A DNA stretch of 64,000 bases from assembly GCA_050951545.1 (NCBI GenBank), contig JBMNJG010000005.1:64001-128000 (forward strand). Direction: 5' to 3'. This document shows positions 18,527 through 28,204 of the stretch, in pieces. The DNA comes from Limnochordia bacterium. GTDB lineage: Bacteria; Bacillota; Limnochordia; DTU080. Position 1 is the first letter of the stretch; each line of letters opens with the position of its first letter. The position numbers were made by a program, and so were the translations under genes. The notes beneath the pieces were generated by a model. It was not told the DNA's origin. It searched no databases and saw only the letters and a list, made by a program, of their open reading frames with translations.

Positions 18527-19558
18527 ATGAAAGTGATTGTCACCTACAACATTCCAAGTTCCGTCATCCCCGAAGAGTACGTTTGTCATGAAGGTGTCAT
18601 GGATCAGGTACGCGATGTCACTAATGCCCTGAAGGAACTAGGACACTCCTACGAAGTGCTAGGCATAGGCAATGATCTCAAGCGTGAACTCGCCGACCTG
18701 GCCTCCTGGGAGGCCGACCTGGTCTTTAACCTCTGCGAGAGCATCAAAGGCCTGAGCGCGCTTCAGCCCTGCTTCGCTGGGTATCTGGAACTGCTAGGCA
18801 TCCCGTTTACTGGCTCCAGCTCGGCTGGCATCACAATTGCCATCGACAAGCGTCAGACCAAAGCCATACTGCGTAGCACTGGTATCGGTACTCCGCCCGC
18901 ATGGTTAGCTAGCACCCTTATGCCTCTCCTGGAACCCACGCGAGAACAGACCCTGTCTGCCACTGTGTCCCTTCCTGTGATCGTGAAACCCGCGCGTGAA
19001 GACGGCAGCATTGGCATCAATCAAGATTCCGTCGCCACCACCTGGGACGAGTTGCGCCTAGCCCTGCAGCAAGCAGTGGCCCGCTTCGGACCTGACAATG
19101 TGCTAGTTGAGCGCTTCATAGAAGGCCGAGAGTTCTTTGTTGGCTTTCTGGGCAATACCGAACTCCAGGCCCTACCTGTATCAGAGATAACTTTCGAAGA
19201 CCTGCCTTCGGGGCTCATGCCCATCATGTCCTACGACGCCAAGTGGGACCCCGACTCTCCCGAGCGGCGCAGCTTCCGCCGACTTTGTCCAGCTCCATTG
19301 GCCTCCGAGGCTCATGCGCGGATTGTGGCCGCCTCTGAGGCAGCCTACAAGAGGGTAGGCCTCTCTGGCTACGGCCGTGTCGATCTGCGATGGGAGACGG
19401 CCACCGATGAGATCTACGTGCTAGACGTCAATGCCAACCCGGACATCACAGACAGGCAAGGGCTTCCTGTCACAGCAGCCCATGTGGGACTGGCCTACCC
19501 CCAACTCGTTGAAGCCATTATCTCGTATGCTTTGGAGCGTGCACGAAACTGGCCCTAG
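18527..19558 (+). CDS. D-Ala-D-Ala ligase family ATP-grasp enzyme
   Basis: DLVFNLCE, IPFTGS, VIVKPAREDGSIGI, ERFIEGREF, YGRVDLR, DVNANP; lacks the canonical Ddl N-terminal GGxSxE. Confidence 0.8.
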   Translation: MKVIVTYNIPSSVIPEEYVCHEGVMDQVRDVTNALKELGHSYEVLGIGNDLKRELADLASWEADLVFNLCESIKGLSALQPCFAGYLELLGIPFTGSSSAGITIAIDKRQTKAILRSTGIGTPPAWLASTLMPLLEPTREQTLSATVSLPVIVKPAREDGSIGINQDSVATTWDELRLALQQAVARFGPDNVLVERFIEGREFFVGFLGNTELQALPVSEITFEDLPSGLMPIMSYDAKWDPDSPERRSFRRLCPAPLASEAHARIVAASEAAYKRVGLSGYGRVDLRWETATDEIYVLDVNANPDITDRQGLPVTAAHVGLAYPQLVEAIISYALERARNWP

Positions 19559-20592
19559 ATCAGCTGGGCCAGCACAGGCTCAAGCACGTCGGCCATACGC
19601 CAGAAACCCAGGTCGGTGGGATGCGAGCCATCGACCGTGCCCTCGCCGTCTTCGCCAAGCAGCCCGTCACCCGGTACATAATGGATGCCGCCCACACCAA
19701 CATTCACAAGCCGCTCCATGGTCTGACGCAGCGCCTTCCGCTTCGCCGCGTGCTGTTGACGGCGACTAGCCAAGAAAGGCGCGTTGCCATAGTTGCGATC
19801 CTCCACCAACACGATGGGCGTCGTCGGTCGTGCGTCACGCAAGGTCCGCACCAGAGGCTCCGTGCGCTCGGTGACGAGTTCGGCCTGCATGTTAGGCAGG
19901 CAGTCGATCACAAACGCCGCAGGATCTAGCTCGGAGAGAAACCGCCCCACTTCGGGCTCCATCATGCCATTTCCTGAGAAACCCAGGTTGATCACCGGGC
20001 ATCCCAGACGGCGGCCCAAGATCCCTACATGATGCATGCCGGGGCGCGAGGCGCAGCCTCCCTGCACAATCGAGGTGCCATAGAAGACCACTGGCTTGCT
20101 TGTGCGAGGCGCAACCCCCTCAAAGTGGGCCCCACTGGGTAGACCAATCTCCAGTGAATCGACTCCGTTGTACAATGGAAGATATAGCATGAACAAGCGC
20201 TTGCTACCATCAAGTCCATCGACCAGTGTGGCTTGCACCTCGGCTGACGCTTCAGGTCTGCCTACACCTAGCCAACACCAAGAACTGCTGTTCTTCTCCC
20301 AGGTGTACAAGTCAAGTCCACTAACTCCAGTAGCTGGCATATGAGACATAGCCAGTCGGCTAGACCAGAGCTTCCACCGAGCGTGAATTGCCCGGGCATC
20401 CGTTACAAATCGCGTACACATCCCAGCGGAATGCCTGCTCAGATTCCATACAGCGTCTCGCACCACACCCTTCGCCCGGGCGGGCAGCCGATCGTAGTAA
20501 CGCTCCACATCGTCCCAGCCCCTGCCCTCAACACCCCAGTCTCGTACATCGTGCCAAACCAGTGCTGAACTCCCCTCGTCGTGTGCAGACAT
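19555..20592 (-). CDS. SGNH/GDSL hydrolase (GxDLY + Lipase_GDSL_3 type)
   Basis: SGLDLY, YGTSIVQG, NLGFSGNG, DGSHPTDLG. Confidence 0.88.
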   Translation of the reverse strand: MSAHDEGSSALVWHDVRDWGVEGRGWDDVERYYDRLPARAKGVVRDAVWNLSRHSAGMCTRFVTDARAIHARWKLWSSRLAMSHMPATGVSGLDLYTWEKNSSSWCWLGVGRPEASAEVQATLVDGLDGSKRLFMLYLPLYNGVDSLEIGLPSGAHFEGVAPRTSKPVVFYGTSIVQGGCASRPGMHHVGILGRRLGCPVINLGFSGNGMMEPEVGRFLSELDPAAFVIDCLPNMQAELVTERTEPLVRTLRDARPTTPIVLVEDRNYGNAPFLASRRQQHAAKRKALRQTMERLVNVGVGGIHYVPGDGLLGEDGEGTVDGSHPTDLGFWRMADVLEPVLAQLI

Positions 20593-20645
20593 AGCCCGTA
20601 TTCCCCCATGAGTTGCGTATTGTCGCTGCCAGGTGCCGAAAAAGC

Positions 20646-20680
20646 GGCAGGGCATGGAACGGTAGCCGCCATGCCCTGCC
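20646..20680. terminator. Intergenic GC-rich hairpin
   Basis: GGCAGGGCATGG...CCATGCCCTGCC inverted repeat after the SBP stop; no clear U-tract. Confidence 0.5.
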
Positions 20681-20720
20681 CAACGCCTAAGCGATCACTC
20701 TCTGAAGCCCAGAGACCTCT

Positions 20721-21980
20721 TTACTGACGGGCCTTTAGCAGAGCGTTAATCTGAGTTTCCATCTGTTGCACGGCGCTGGCCACTGCCTGGTCGCCCCAGA
20801 TCGTAGCCAGAGTCTCTCGGTTGATGATGTTGAAGAAATCCGCTAGCATCTGGAACGGTGACCGGGCCTTATCGAAACCCTCTTGCAGAAGATGGCGATT
20901 GGCGGGGTGCGTGCGCCCCGGCAACCAAGTAGTCTGGAAGACGCGCATGCTCGGTGGAACGAGCCCCGTCACTTGCACTCGACGCTCAAGAGCTTCGTTC
21001 GACGTCATGAAGCGCAATAACTCAAGGGCTTCCGCCTTGCATCTGGAGGAGCTAAATACAAACCAGCCGATCGCATTAATGTAGGGGACGTGTCCACCCG
21101 GTCCCTTCGGCAAAGGTACGACATCCCAGTCAAAATCCTTGATGGTACTGAATCCCTCAGCCATCACCACTGTGTTCGTTTGGCCCATAGCAATCTTTTG
21201 CTGCATGAACCCAGCCGATACGCTGAGCCTACCGTGGGTGACCCTATCCTGAACGGCTCCCGAAGTGACCAGATCCGCTAGGTACTGCAAGGCATTGGCC
21301 ACCTCTGGTGTCCTGCCTACAAACTTCGTGGGATCGGCCCAGTTGTCTACGATGTCGCCACCATACGACCAGATGACAGGCATGTAATTGCGGCCAGTGG
21401 GAATCTTGAACCCATACACGCTAGAAGTGCCATCTGCCTCGCGACGTGTCAGACGCAGGGCGGTAGCCCGCAGATCGTCATACGTCCATCCAACTCTGGG
21501 GAAGCCCACCCCAGCCTCGTTGAGAAGGTCCTTGTTATAGAAAATCGCTCCGATCTGGAGGTCTTGGGGAAGACCGTAAAGAGCACCTCGCACCCTGTAC
21601 AGATCAAGAGCTGCAGGGTACCACTCTCGAAACTGCCTTTGCTCTTTGGCCACAAACGGCGTCAGATCCTCAAGGATGCCCTGTAGACCCCAATCAACCA
21701 CCAGATAGGGATCCATGAACCCTATGTCCAGTGGTACCCCACCAGCCAACATGGCCTGCATCTTTGGCACCAATCCTGTGCCAGCAACACTCACGAGATC
21801 AATGGTGACGCCAGGATGCGCAGCCTCAAACTTCTCTTTCATCTCGGTCTGCCATTTGATACTCTGTTCCCGAGTCTCGGCAATCACCGTCACCGTAACT
21901 GGGCTGGCAGCACTGGCTAGACCCGCAACCAGCAAAGCCAGGCATAACGCCATAAGCGTGCTATAGACAAGCTTTCGCAT
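20721..21980 (-). CDS. Sugar ABC solute-binding protein (paralog of 22066-23325)
   Basis: Signal peptide ending ASA-AS, FYNKDL, WTYDDL, FDWDVVPLP. Confidence 0.9.
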   Translation of the reverse strand: MRKLVYSTLMALCLALLVAGLASAASPVTVTVIAETREQSIKWQTEMKEKFEAAHPGVTIDLVSVAGTGLVPKMQAMLAGGVPLDIGFMDPYLVVDWGLQGILEDLTPFVAKEQRQFREWYPAALDLYRVRGALYGLPQDLQIGAIFYNKDLLNEAGVGFPRVGWTYDDLRATALRLTRREADGTSSVYGFKIPTGRNYMPVIWSYGGDIVDNWADPTKFVGRTPEVANALQYLADLVTSGAVQDRVTHGRLSVSAGFMQQKIAMGQTNTVVMAEGFSTIKDFDWDVVPLPKGPGGHVPYINAIGWFVFSSSRCKAEALELLRFMTSNEALERRVQVTGLVPPSMRVFQTTWLPGRTHPANRHLLQEGFDKARSPFQMLADFFNIINRETLATIWGDQAVASAVQQMETQINALLKARQ

Positions 21981-22027
21981 TGCTTTCGCCTCCGTAAATT
22001 CGCTCAGTGTGATCCTCTCCCACGCAG

Positions 22028-22055
22028 GTTTCTCTCATAGACTGGTAATTCCTGC
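22028..22055 (-). promoter_or_regulatory. SigH-like promoter
   Basis: GCAGGAATTACCAGTCTATGAGAGAAAC upstream of the SBP starting at 21980. Confidence 0.5.
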
Positions 22056-22065
22056 CGAGGAAGAG

Positions 22066-23325
22066 CTATTGGGTGGCCTTGAGCAAGGCGCTGACACCAT
22101 CTTCCATTAGCTGCACTGCACTGCCTGCAGCCTTCTCGCCCCAGACGACAGACAACACCTCGCGATCGATGATCTTGAAGATATCGCCGTGCAAGGGCCA
22201 CGGTGAGCGTGCCCTATCGAAGTCCTCCAAGAGCAAGTGCCGGTTGGCGGGCATGGTCTGCCCCGACAGCCAAGTGGTCTGAAACACTCTTGCACTTGCT
22301 GGCACGAGGCCAGTCACTTGCACCCTGCGCTCAAGGGCCTCAGTCGACGTGAGGAAACGTAAGAGCTCATAAGCCTCTGCCTTGCACTTCGAGGAGCTAA
22401 ACATGAACCAACCGATGCCATTTATGTAGGGTACGCGCCCCGCTGGCCCCTCGGGCAGCGGCACCACATCCCAGTCAAAGGCAGTGATGTTCTGGAATCC
22501 TGTAGCCATGACCACTGTATTCGTGAGCCCCATAGCGATCCGCCGTTGCGTAAACGCCGTGGCCACGCCATACCTGCCGTGAGTGACCCTGTCCTGAACC
22601 GCCCCTACAGTCACGAGATCAGCCAGATACTCTAGAGCAGTGATCGTTTCGGAAGCCTTGCCAGTAAACCTTGTGGGATCCGCCCAATCATCGAGAAAAT
22701 CGCCCCCGTAAGACCACACCAAAGGCACATAGTTACGACTTGTAGGGATTTTGAAGCCATGTCTACTGAACGTGCCATCGGCCTCGCGGCGAGTGAGGCT
22801 GATAGCATTTCGGCGCAGATCGTCGTAGGTCCAGCTTGTCTTGGGAAAAGCCAGACCAGCCTCGGAAAACTGGTCTTTGTTGTAGAAGATACCCGATATC
22901 TGGAGGTCTTGCGGTAGCCCAAAGATGCCGCCTCGTACCCGGTAAAGATCCAGCGATGCGGGGTACCAATCTCGGTACTGCCTCTGCTCTTTGGCTAGAA
23001 ACGGCGTCAGATCCTCAAGAATACCCTCTTTGCCCCAGTCAACCACGAGATAGGGGTCCATATACCCGATGTCCAGTGGCACGCCACCCGCTAACATGGT
23101 CTGCATCTTAGGAATCAGCCCAGTGCCAGCCACGCTCACCAGATCCACAGTGATACCCGGATGCGTGGCCTCAAACCTCTCCTTCATCTCAGTCTGCCAC
23201 TTATAACTGGACTCTCTGGTTTCAGCAATCATGGTCACTGTGACTGGACTAGCAGCGCTCGCTATACCCGCGACGATCAAGCCGGTACCGATCGCGATGG
23301 CAGTAGCACGAGACAATACTCCCAT
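22066..23325 (-). CDS. Sugar ABC solute-binding protein (paralog of 20721-21980)
   Basis: Same length (419 aa) and shared blocks such as DLVSVAGTGL, GVPLDIG, LERRVQVTGLVP. Confidence 0.9.
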   Translation of the reverse strand: MGVLSRATAIAIGTGLIVAGIASAASPVTVTMIAETRESSYKWQTEMKERFEATHPGITVDLVSVAGTGLIPKMQTMLAGGVPLDIGYMDPYLVVDWGKEGILEDLTPFLAKEQRQYRDWYPASLDLYRVRGGIFGLPQDLQISGIFYNKDQFSEAGLAFPKTSWTYDDLRRNAISLTRREADGTFSRHGFKIPTSRNYVPLVWSYGGDFLDDWADPTRFTGKASETITALEYLADLVTVGAVQDRVTHGRYGVATAFTQRRIAMGLTNTVVMATGFQNITAFDWDVVPLPEGPAGRVPYINGIGWFMFSSSKCKAEAYELLRFLTSTEALERRVQVTGLVPASARVFQTTWLSGQTMPANRHLLLEDFDRARSPWPLHGDIFKIIDREVLSVVWGEKAAGSAVQLMEDGVSALLKATQ

Positions 23326-23373
23326 TGTGTTCCCCCAATCCCATAGTATCTAGATGCTGTTACTTTTTTAACT

Positions 23374-23401
23374 TTTTCCTTGTATGAAAGGCGTTTCCTG
23401 C
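23374..23401 (-). promoter_or_regulatory. SigH-like promoter
   Basis: GCAGGAAACGCCTTTCATACAAGGAAAA upstream of the SBP starting at 23325. Confidence 0.45.
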
Positions 23402-23493
23402 CGATCCTGAAAGGTATCTACCTCGTCCACAGGGAATGTGATGGCACGCCCGCCTGTAAACCCGACGAAACCGCTAACGAGCAGGTGATGACG

Positions 23494-24372
23494 ATGGCCA
23501 AAGCCCAGCTTCCTGGCGAAGCCGAACACGAAATCGGCGACCCGCAGGTGATCGTGACGCAAGCGCAGATCACTGAAGCATTCCAATCGTGCGGTGTTGG
23601 TCCAGGCGACATCCTGATGCTGCACGCATCGCTCAGTTCTATGGGCACCGTGTGCGGCGGTGCGGAGGCTGTAGTGGATGGACTCATTGCAGCTACATCA
23701 CCCGCAGGCACAGTGGCGGTTCCTAGCCTGTGGTGGCGGCCTCTTTCACCGCCTCTGAAGCTTGAGGATTGGGATGTGACCACATCGCCAGCCTTCACGG
23801 GGACGATTGCAGAAGCAGTGCGCAAGCGACCTGATGCATGTCGTAGCGACCACCACTCACATGCCGTCGCAGCCATTGGCCACCAAGCGGAAGCGCTGAC
23901 TCGCACGCATGGCCAACAGGGACTGCGCCCTGGTCCCTTTGGCGAGAAGGCCTTTGCCACCGACAGTCCTTGGGCGAAACTACTGCTGTGGAACGCGGCC
24001 TACGCATTTCTGGGTGTCGACTTCACCGTCAATACCATGGGCCACTATATTGAGTACGAATATGTCGACCAGGTTCTGCACACCCTGCCACCCGACACGC
24101 GCCCACGCTTCATCGCCCGCCTGAGAAGTTGGTTCATGACCGAAGGGGTATGGTCCAGCTTCAGTTTTCGCTCCATGGGCTGTAAACTCGAGGAAGCTGG
24201 ACTGGTAGCCCGAAGGCGCATTGGCACAGCCACCCTACGCGTTATTCGAGTGGCCGCAATGGTCGAGTGGGTTCTCCACGAGCTGCGCGCCCATCCCGAG
24301 GAGTGGTTCACCCCGAAGTTCCTGGCCTGGTTGCGGGACGCCGAAGGCGGCTGGTGCGATCCCCAGACCTGA
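23494..24372 (+). CDS. AAC(3)/YokD family N-acetyltransferase
   Basis: LHASLSSMG, GTIAEAVR...RSDHHSHAVAAIG, SPWAKL, FLGVDFTVNTMGHYIE; start inferred from an AGGTGA RBS. Confidence 0.82.
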   Translation: MAKAQLPGEAEHEIGDPQVIVTQAQITEAFQSCGVGPGDILMLHASLSSMGTVCGGAEAVVDGLIAATSPAGTVAVPSLWWRPLSPPLKLEDWDVTTSPAFTGTIAEAVRKRPDACRSDHHSHAVAAIGHQAEALTRTHGQQGLRPGPFGEKAFATDSPWAKLLLWNAAYAFLGVDFTVNTMGHYIEYEYVDQVLHTLPPDTRPRFIARLRSWFMTEGVWSSFSFRSMGCKLEEAGLVARRRIGTATLRVIRVAAMVEWVLHELRAHPEEWFTPKFLAWLRDAEGGWCDPQT

Positions 24373-24445
24373 CGAAGAGGACGCGCAGCCCAGGGGCGGC
24401 ACGCGCCTTTCCACAACTAGTGCCACCCATGCACCGCCGATGCGA

Positions 24446-26704
24446 CTACGTGTCGCCTTCGTTCTCGGCTCTTTCCAACAGCACAAAGGTAATCTTGGCC
24501 TCTGAGACAGGGATCCGAAGAAGCTTGGGGCAGTCTGTGCCTAACTCAGGTAGACACCCCATGGAAGTGTACGTCGTCTCATGTAGACCGCGTACTGAGA
24601 CGCGCCAGCAATCAGTCGCTCCATCTCGCCCGGGCAGATGTTCTGGATCCACAGTGATCTTCTGGGTCTGTCCCGTCTTGTTCCAGACAGCCACGAGCGC
24701 GGCATCGTGTGGAGCAGTCTCTGCATCGGGCACTTGGCGCCCGCGCCGCGCATCCATCGTATACAACTTGGCCACGAGCCCCGGAGTGACGTTGACCCCC
24801 ACGTCGTCCATGAAACGACCGTAGGCAAAGAAGGGCCAGGCAGACTCGCGTAGAGCTAGGCAGCGCTTGATCTCTTCCCACATCTGCGGATCGGTACGGA
24901 AGTTGCAGTAGCGAGCATCCTCTTGGTCATAGAACCAGAGGAAAACACCCACTACTAGAGAACGGTAGAGCTGCTCATAGGCCTGCGACGAGATGCGCGG
25001 TGCTCGGAATTTCTGTCCTTTGGAAGGATAGACCATGTCCACCAAGCAGTGCTCAGGGTAGACGTAGCGGTACATCTCGGGAAGGGATTCGGGAACGATC
25101 CAGGCGTGGATCAGCTGGGCAGAGACGTACTGGGCAAAGGCATCACCGCAACCTTCTATCATGGTGAAGACATCTGGCGTGTTACCCCGTAAGCTCTCCT
25201 CAATACCCATCAGCGTGCGTACGGCATCCTGGTTCCAGCTTCCGGCATGCGGGTGCCCATGGCTGGTATCAAAGCACAGGTGGGGACTGATGGCAGCGAA
25301 GCAGTCAAGATACACACCACTTACTCCAAAGCATGTTGCCAGCCAAGAGACCGTATCGCGCATCAGTCTTTGATAGGCTGGTACGCCCCGGCAATGCACA
25401 TAGAAGTCTTCATCAAAGAAGTGGCGTTGCAGCAGGCTACCGTCACGGTTACGCACAGCCCAACGCCGTCCTAAGCGGTCAGCGTACTGTGAGCTCTGGC
25501 CAAATAGAGCGGTATTGATGTAGAGAGTGACGAACCCACCTGCCCTTCGAGCGTAGTTAATCCCCCGAGCGAAGTCCAGCATCGTACCCAGCTCCAGATC
25601 CGGGTAAAACTCCGGGTAGAGTTTGTCGAAGCCACCCGAACTCCACCCGGCCAGGAAAAGATGGTCGATACCCTCTGCCGTAGCGCGATCGTAGAGCATG
25701 GGGATATCGGCAAAATCATGACAGATCGTGCCATCTTGCCACTTGAAATCGTAATGGGCCATGAGGGCGTGTCGACGCCGGAACCAAGCGGGGACCCTGG
25801 GCGGTTGCATGTGGCGCTCAGCCCAGTTGCGATAGCGATCGGCACCCCAATGCCAGTCACCATCGTGGAGGCCGACCCCGTAGAGTCCCGATTTCCATCG
25901 CGCACCGGAGGCGGCCAGACCTACGTACTTGCTAATGGCCAGCCCACTGCACTCAGCCTCAGGATCAGCCATGGCCGTCAACGACGTGTAGAGGAGGCCC
26001 GGGTCGTAGGAGGCTAGGTAAAGACCGTTGGTGGAACTGTGAAGATCCAGCCAGGGCATGGAGGCTTGCCCACAGTAGAAGCGTTCATAGACAAGGCCGT
26101 CCGCAGGGCGTCGATTCGGCCGAAAAACCGCCCCTTCAGGCGCTTGCGTCATGTTACGAGCCGCCGTAGCGAGAAATGCTGGCACGCGAATACCAGCGTA
26201 GTAAGGGAAAAGAAGCGTCTCCTCAGCCCCGTCACAGCTAAGCTGAACACCATGCACATAGGGAAAAGAGACTGACTCTACGTTCACTCGCCTATCAGCA
26301 TTAGTCAGGCCGATCTCCCAGTAGGTTTCACTGTCGTTGGGCAGCACAGTGACCGTGTACTCCAGCCGGAGATCATACGTCGCTGTTTCGGCCTGAACAT
26401 CCGCAAAAGAAAAGCTGGCGCAGATGCCACCGCCCTGTGCTTCTGTCAAAGAGGGCTTATCGAGGAGGCGCATCTGCTCTGGCCCCGCCCTGATCTCTTC
26501 GTCGTCCGGTGTGAACAGCAGAAGCTGAAAGGGCATAGCTCTGGGTCCACCCTCGAGCTGCTGTATGTACTGCTGCCCTGTGTGACGATTCTCAAGGCCC
26601 ACCAAGCACCCGTCTGAAGAGAACGAGAGGACCACTCTGCTATTGCTGAGCTGAAATAGCTCGTCATGCCATATGGCCTGAACAATCTCTTTGCCTGATT
26701 CCAT
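24446..26704 (-). CDS. DUF6259-like putative glycoside hydrolase, copy 1
   Basis: ASMPWLD, GDWHWGADRYR, AGWSSGGFDKLYPE, GVYLDC, HLCFDTSHGH, TMIEG; TIM-barrel, GH36-like layout; likely start ATG 26704. Confidence 0.65.
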   Translation of the reverse strand: MESGKEIVQAIWHDELFQLSNSRVVLSFSSDGCLVGLENRHTGQQYIQQLEGGPRAMPFQLLLFTPDDEEIRAGPEQMRLLDKPSLTEAQGGGICASFSFADVQAETATYDLRLEYTVTVLPNDSETYWEIGLTNADRRVNVESVSFPYVHGVQLSCDGAEETLLFPYYAGIRVPAFLATAARNMTQAPEGAVFRPNRRPADGLVYERFYCGQASMPWLDLHSSTNGLYLASYDPGLLYTSLTAMADPEAECSGLAISKYVGLAASGARWKSGLYGVGLHDGDWHWGADRYRNWAERHMQPPRVPAWFRRRHALMAHYDFKWQDGTICHDFADIPMLYDRATAEGIDHLFLAGWSSGGFDKLYPEFYPDLELGTMLDFARGINYARRAGGFVTLYINTALFGQSSQYADRLGRRWAVRNRDGSLLQRHFFDEDFYVHCRGVPAYQRLMRDTVSWLATCFGVSGVYLDCFAAISPHLCFDTSHGHPHAGSWNQDAVRTLMGIEESLRGNTPDVFTMIEGCGDAFAQYVSAQLIHAWIVPESLPEMYRYVYPEHCLVDMVYPSKGQKFRAPRISSQAYEQLYRSLVVGVFLWFYDQEDARYCNFRTDPQMWEEIKRCLALRESAWPFFAYGRFMDDVGVNVTPGLVAKLYTMDARRGRQVPDAETAPHDAALVAVWNKTGQTQKITVDPEHLPGRDGATDCWRVSVRGLHETTYTSMGCLPELGTDCPKLLRIPVSEAKITFVLLERAENEGDT

Positions 26705-26738
26705 CGCCAACCTCGACCCCCATCCCATCCTGGTTAAG

Positions 26739-27983
26739 CTACTTAGCATAGGCGGTTCTAAGTAGCGCAGTGATCTGTCTATCGAGTTCCTGTAGGGTGG
26801 ATTCAATGGGAGCAACGTTACGCCAGATCTGATCAAAGGCCTTGTTCTTCGTGGCAATGAGGTCGAAGTACTTGGGCGTGACTGGCTCAGCACGAGCATA
26901 CTCCATGGCCTGGTAGAACACTTGGTCACGGGGTTGCGTAAAGACCTCACGGGCAACTGAGCGCAACGGCGGCACCGTAATACCTCTCGCCGCAAGAGCC
27001 CCAATCCCCGTTGGACCGGAGAGGTATTTGACTAGCCGAAACGCCTCTTCCGCGTGCTTGGATTGAGAATGGACCCCATGGCCAGCAGAGGCAATGCGGT
27101 TGTAGCGGTACCGCCCCGAGGGCACTAGCGAAGCTGCCCAGTTGACGTGGGCGTCGTTCAAAGAGCGGGCAATCCCTCTGATATCGTACCACATCGCCAC
27201 ATCACCTTTGGTCAGAGACGGCTGGGCTACTGTGGGGGCAGCCGCAACCTTCCACTCATACATCAGCTGCCATACCCAACGGGTCGCCTCTACACTCTCA
27301 GGTCTGCTCAGAACGCTCTCCGTGCGCTCCTCGTTGAGCAATCTACCGCCATTCTGCCAGATTACACTGATGTTGCGGTCATGACCAGTCGGAGCTAATA
27401 GCCCGTACTTGGGGTTGGTCTCCGAGGGTTGGGTCAGCTTACGTGCCGCTGTGAGGAGGCTATCCCACGTCCAGCTATCGTTGGGGAAGGCGACTCCGCC
27501 CTGCAGAAAACTGTCCACATTGTAAAAAAGCACCAGCGTAGACGACTCCCTAGGTAAGCCGAGCGTCTTGCCATCCCGGGAGAACTCATCCATGGACGCC
27601 GCGTAGTACTCCTTGCGCAAGTCGCTCTGTTCTTTGGCTAGGAAGGTGTCGAGCGGCATGAGCATATGCGTGGAAACAAGATCGCCCATGCTCCAAGTGT
27701 GAGCCCAAAAAGCATCCGGAGGCGTACCCGCAGCGGTAGTTATGAGCAGCCTCTCGTAGATCTCAGGCGCATTCCCTGCCACCCATTGCATCTCCACCTC
27801 GATGTCGGAGTTAGGCGTCATGAAATCGGCCAGCAGCTTGTCGTAGACCTCCTTCTCGAAACTGTCGCCGCGCCCCATGTAGACAATGTGCGTCTTGGCT
27901 GATAACGGAAGTGCAAGCATCACTAGCAGTACCAAAGACACCCACAACCCCACGACTAACGGTACACACCCAGACCTGTGCAT
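26739..27983 (-). CDS. Sugar ABC solute-binding protein (paralog of 30517-31746)
   Basis: Signal peptide, AAGTPPDAF, LGLPRESSTLVLFYN, WTWD. Confidence 0.9.
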   Translation of the reverse strand: MHRSGCVPLVVGLWVSLVLLVMLALPLSAKTHIVYMGRGDSFEKEVYDKLLADFMTPNSDIEVEMQWVAGNAPEIYERLLITTAAGTPPDAFWAHTWSMGDLVSTHMLMPLDTFLAKEQSDLRKEYYAASMDEFSRDGKTLGLPRESSTLVLFYNVDSFLQGGVAFPNDSWTWDSLLTAARKLTQPSETNPKYGLLAPTGHDRNISVIWQNGGRLLNEERTESVLSRPESVEATRWVWQLMYEWKVAAAPTVAQPSLTKGDVAMWYDIRGIARSLNDAHVNWAASLVPSGRYRYNRIASAGHGVHSQSKHAEEAFRLVKYLSGPTGIGALAARGITVPPLRSVAREVFTQPRDQVFYQAMEYARAEPVTPKYFDLIATKNKAFDQIWRNVAPIESTLQELDRQITALLRTAYAK

Positions 27984-28035
27984 CTTCTCGCCTCCCTGCG
28001 AGCGTAGTGTTGCTTCAGGCTACATGTTGGATGTA

Positions 28036-28062
28036 CTTCTCTGCATAACATGCATGTCCTAC
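28036..28062 (-). promoter_or_regulatory. SigH-like promoter
   Basis: GTAGGACATGCATGTTATGCAGAGAAG, same 21-nt spacing, upstream of the SBP starting at 27983. Confidence 0.4.
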
Positions 28063-28204
28063 CAAAACTCGCTGTATCTTCAGTATCTTGTACCATTTTG
28101 GCAGGAGTAGCCGGGGGGGCTCTAGTTCCTTAGGCCGCATGGCGAACGCGTGCCGCCCAGAGGCAGCACGCGCCGTTCATAGCAACCAGTACCCAGGTTC
28201 GTGC

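Noticed and set aside
18527-19558. Vancomycin-resistance ligase
   Set aside because: No vanH/X/R/S neighbours, and the sequence does not look like VanA or Ddl proper.
23494-24372. Aminoglycoside resistance gene
   Set aside because: The AAC(3)/YokD fold is widespread with other or unknown substrates, and there is no mobile context.
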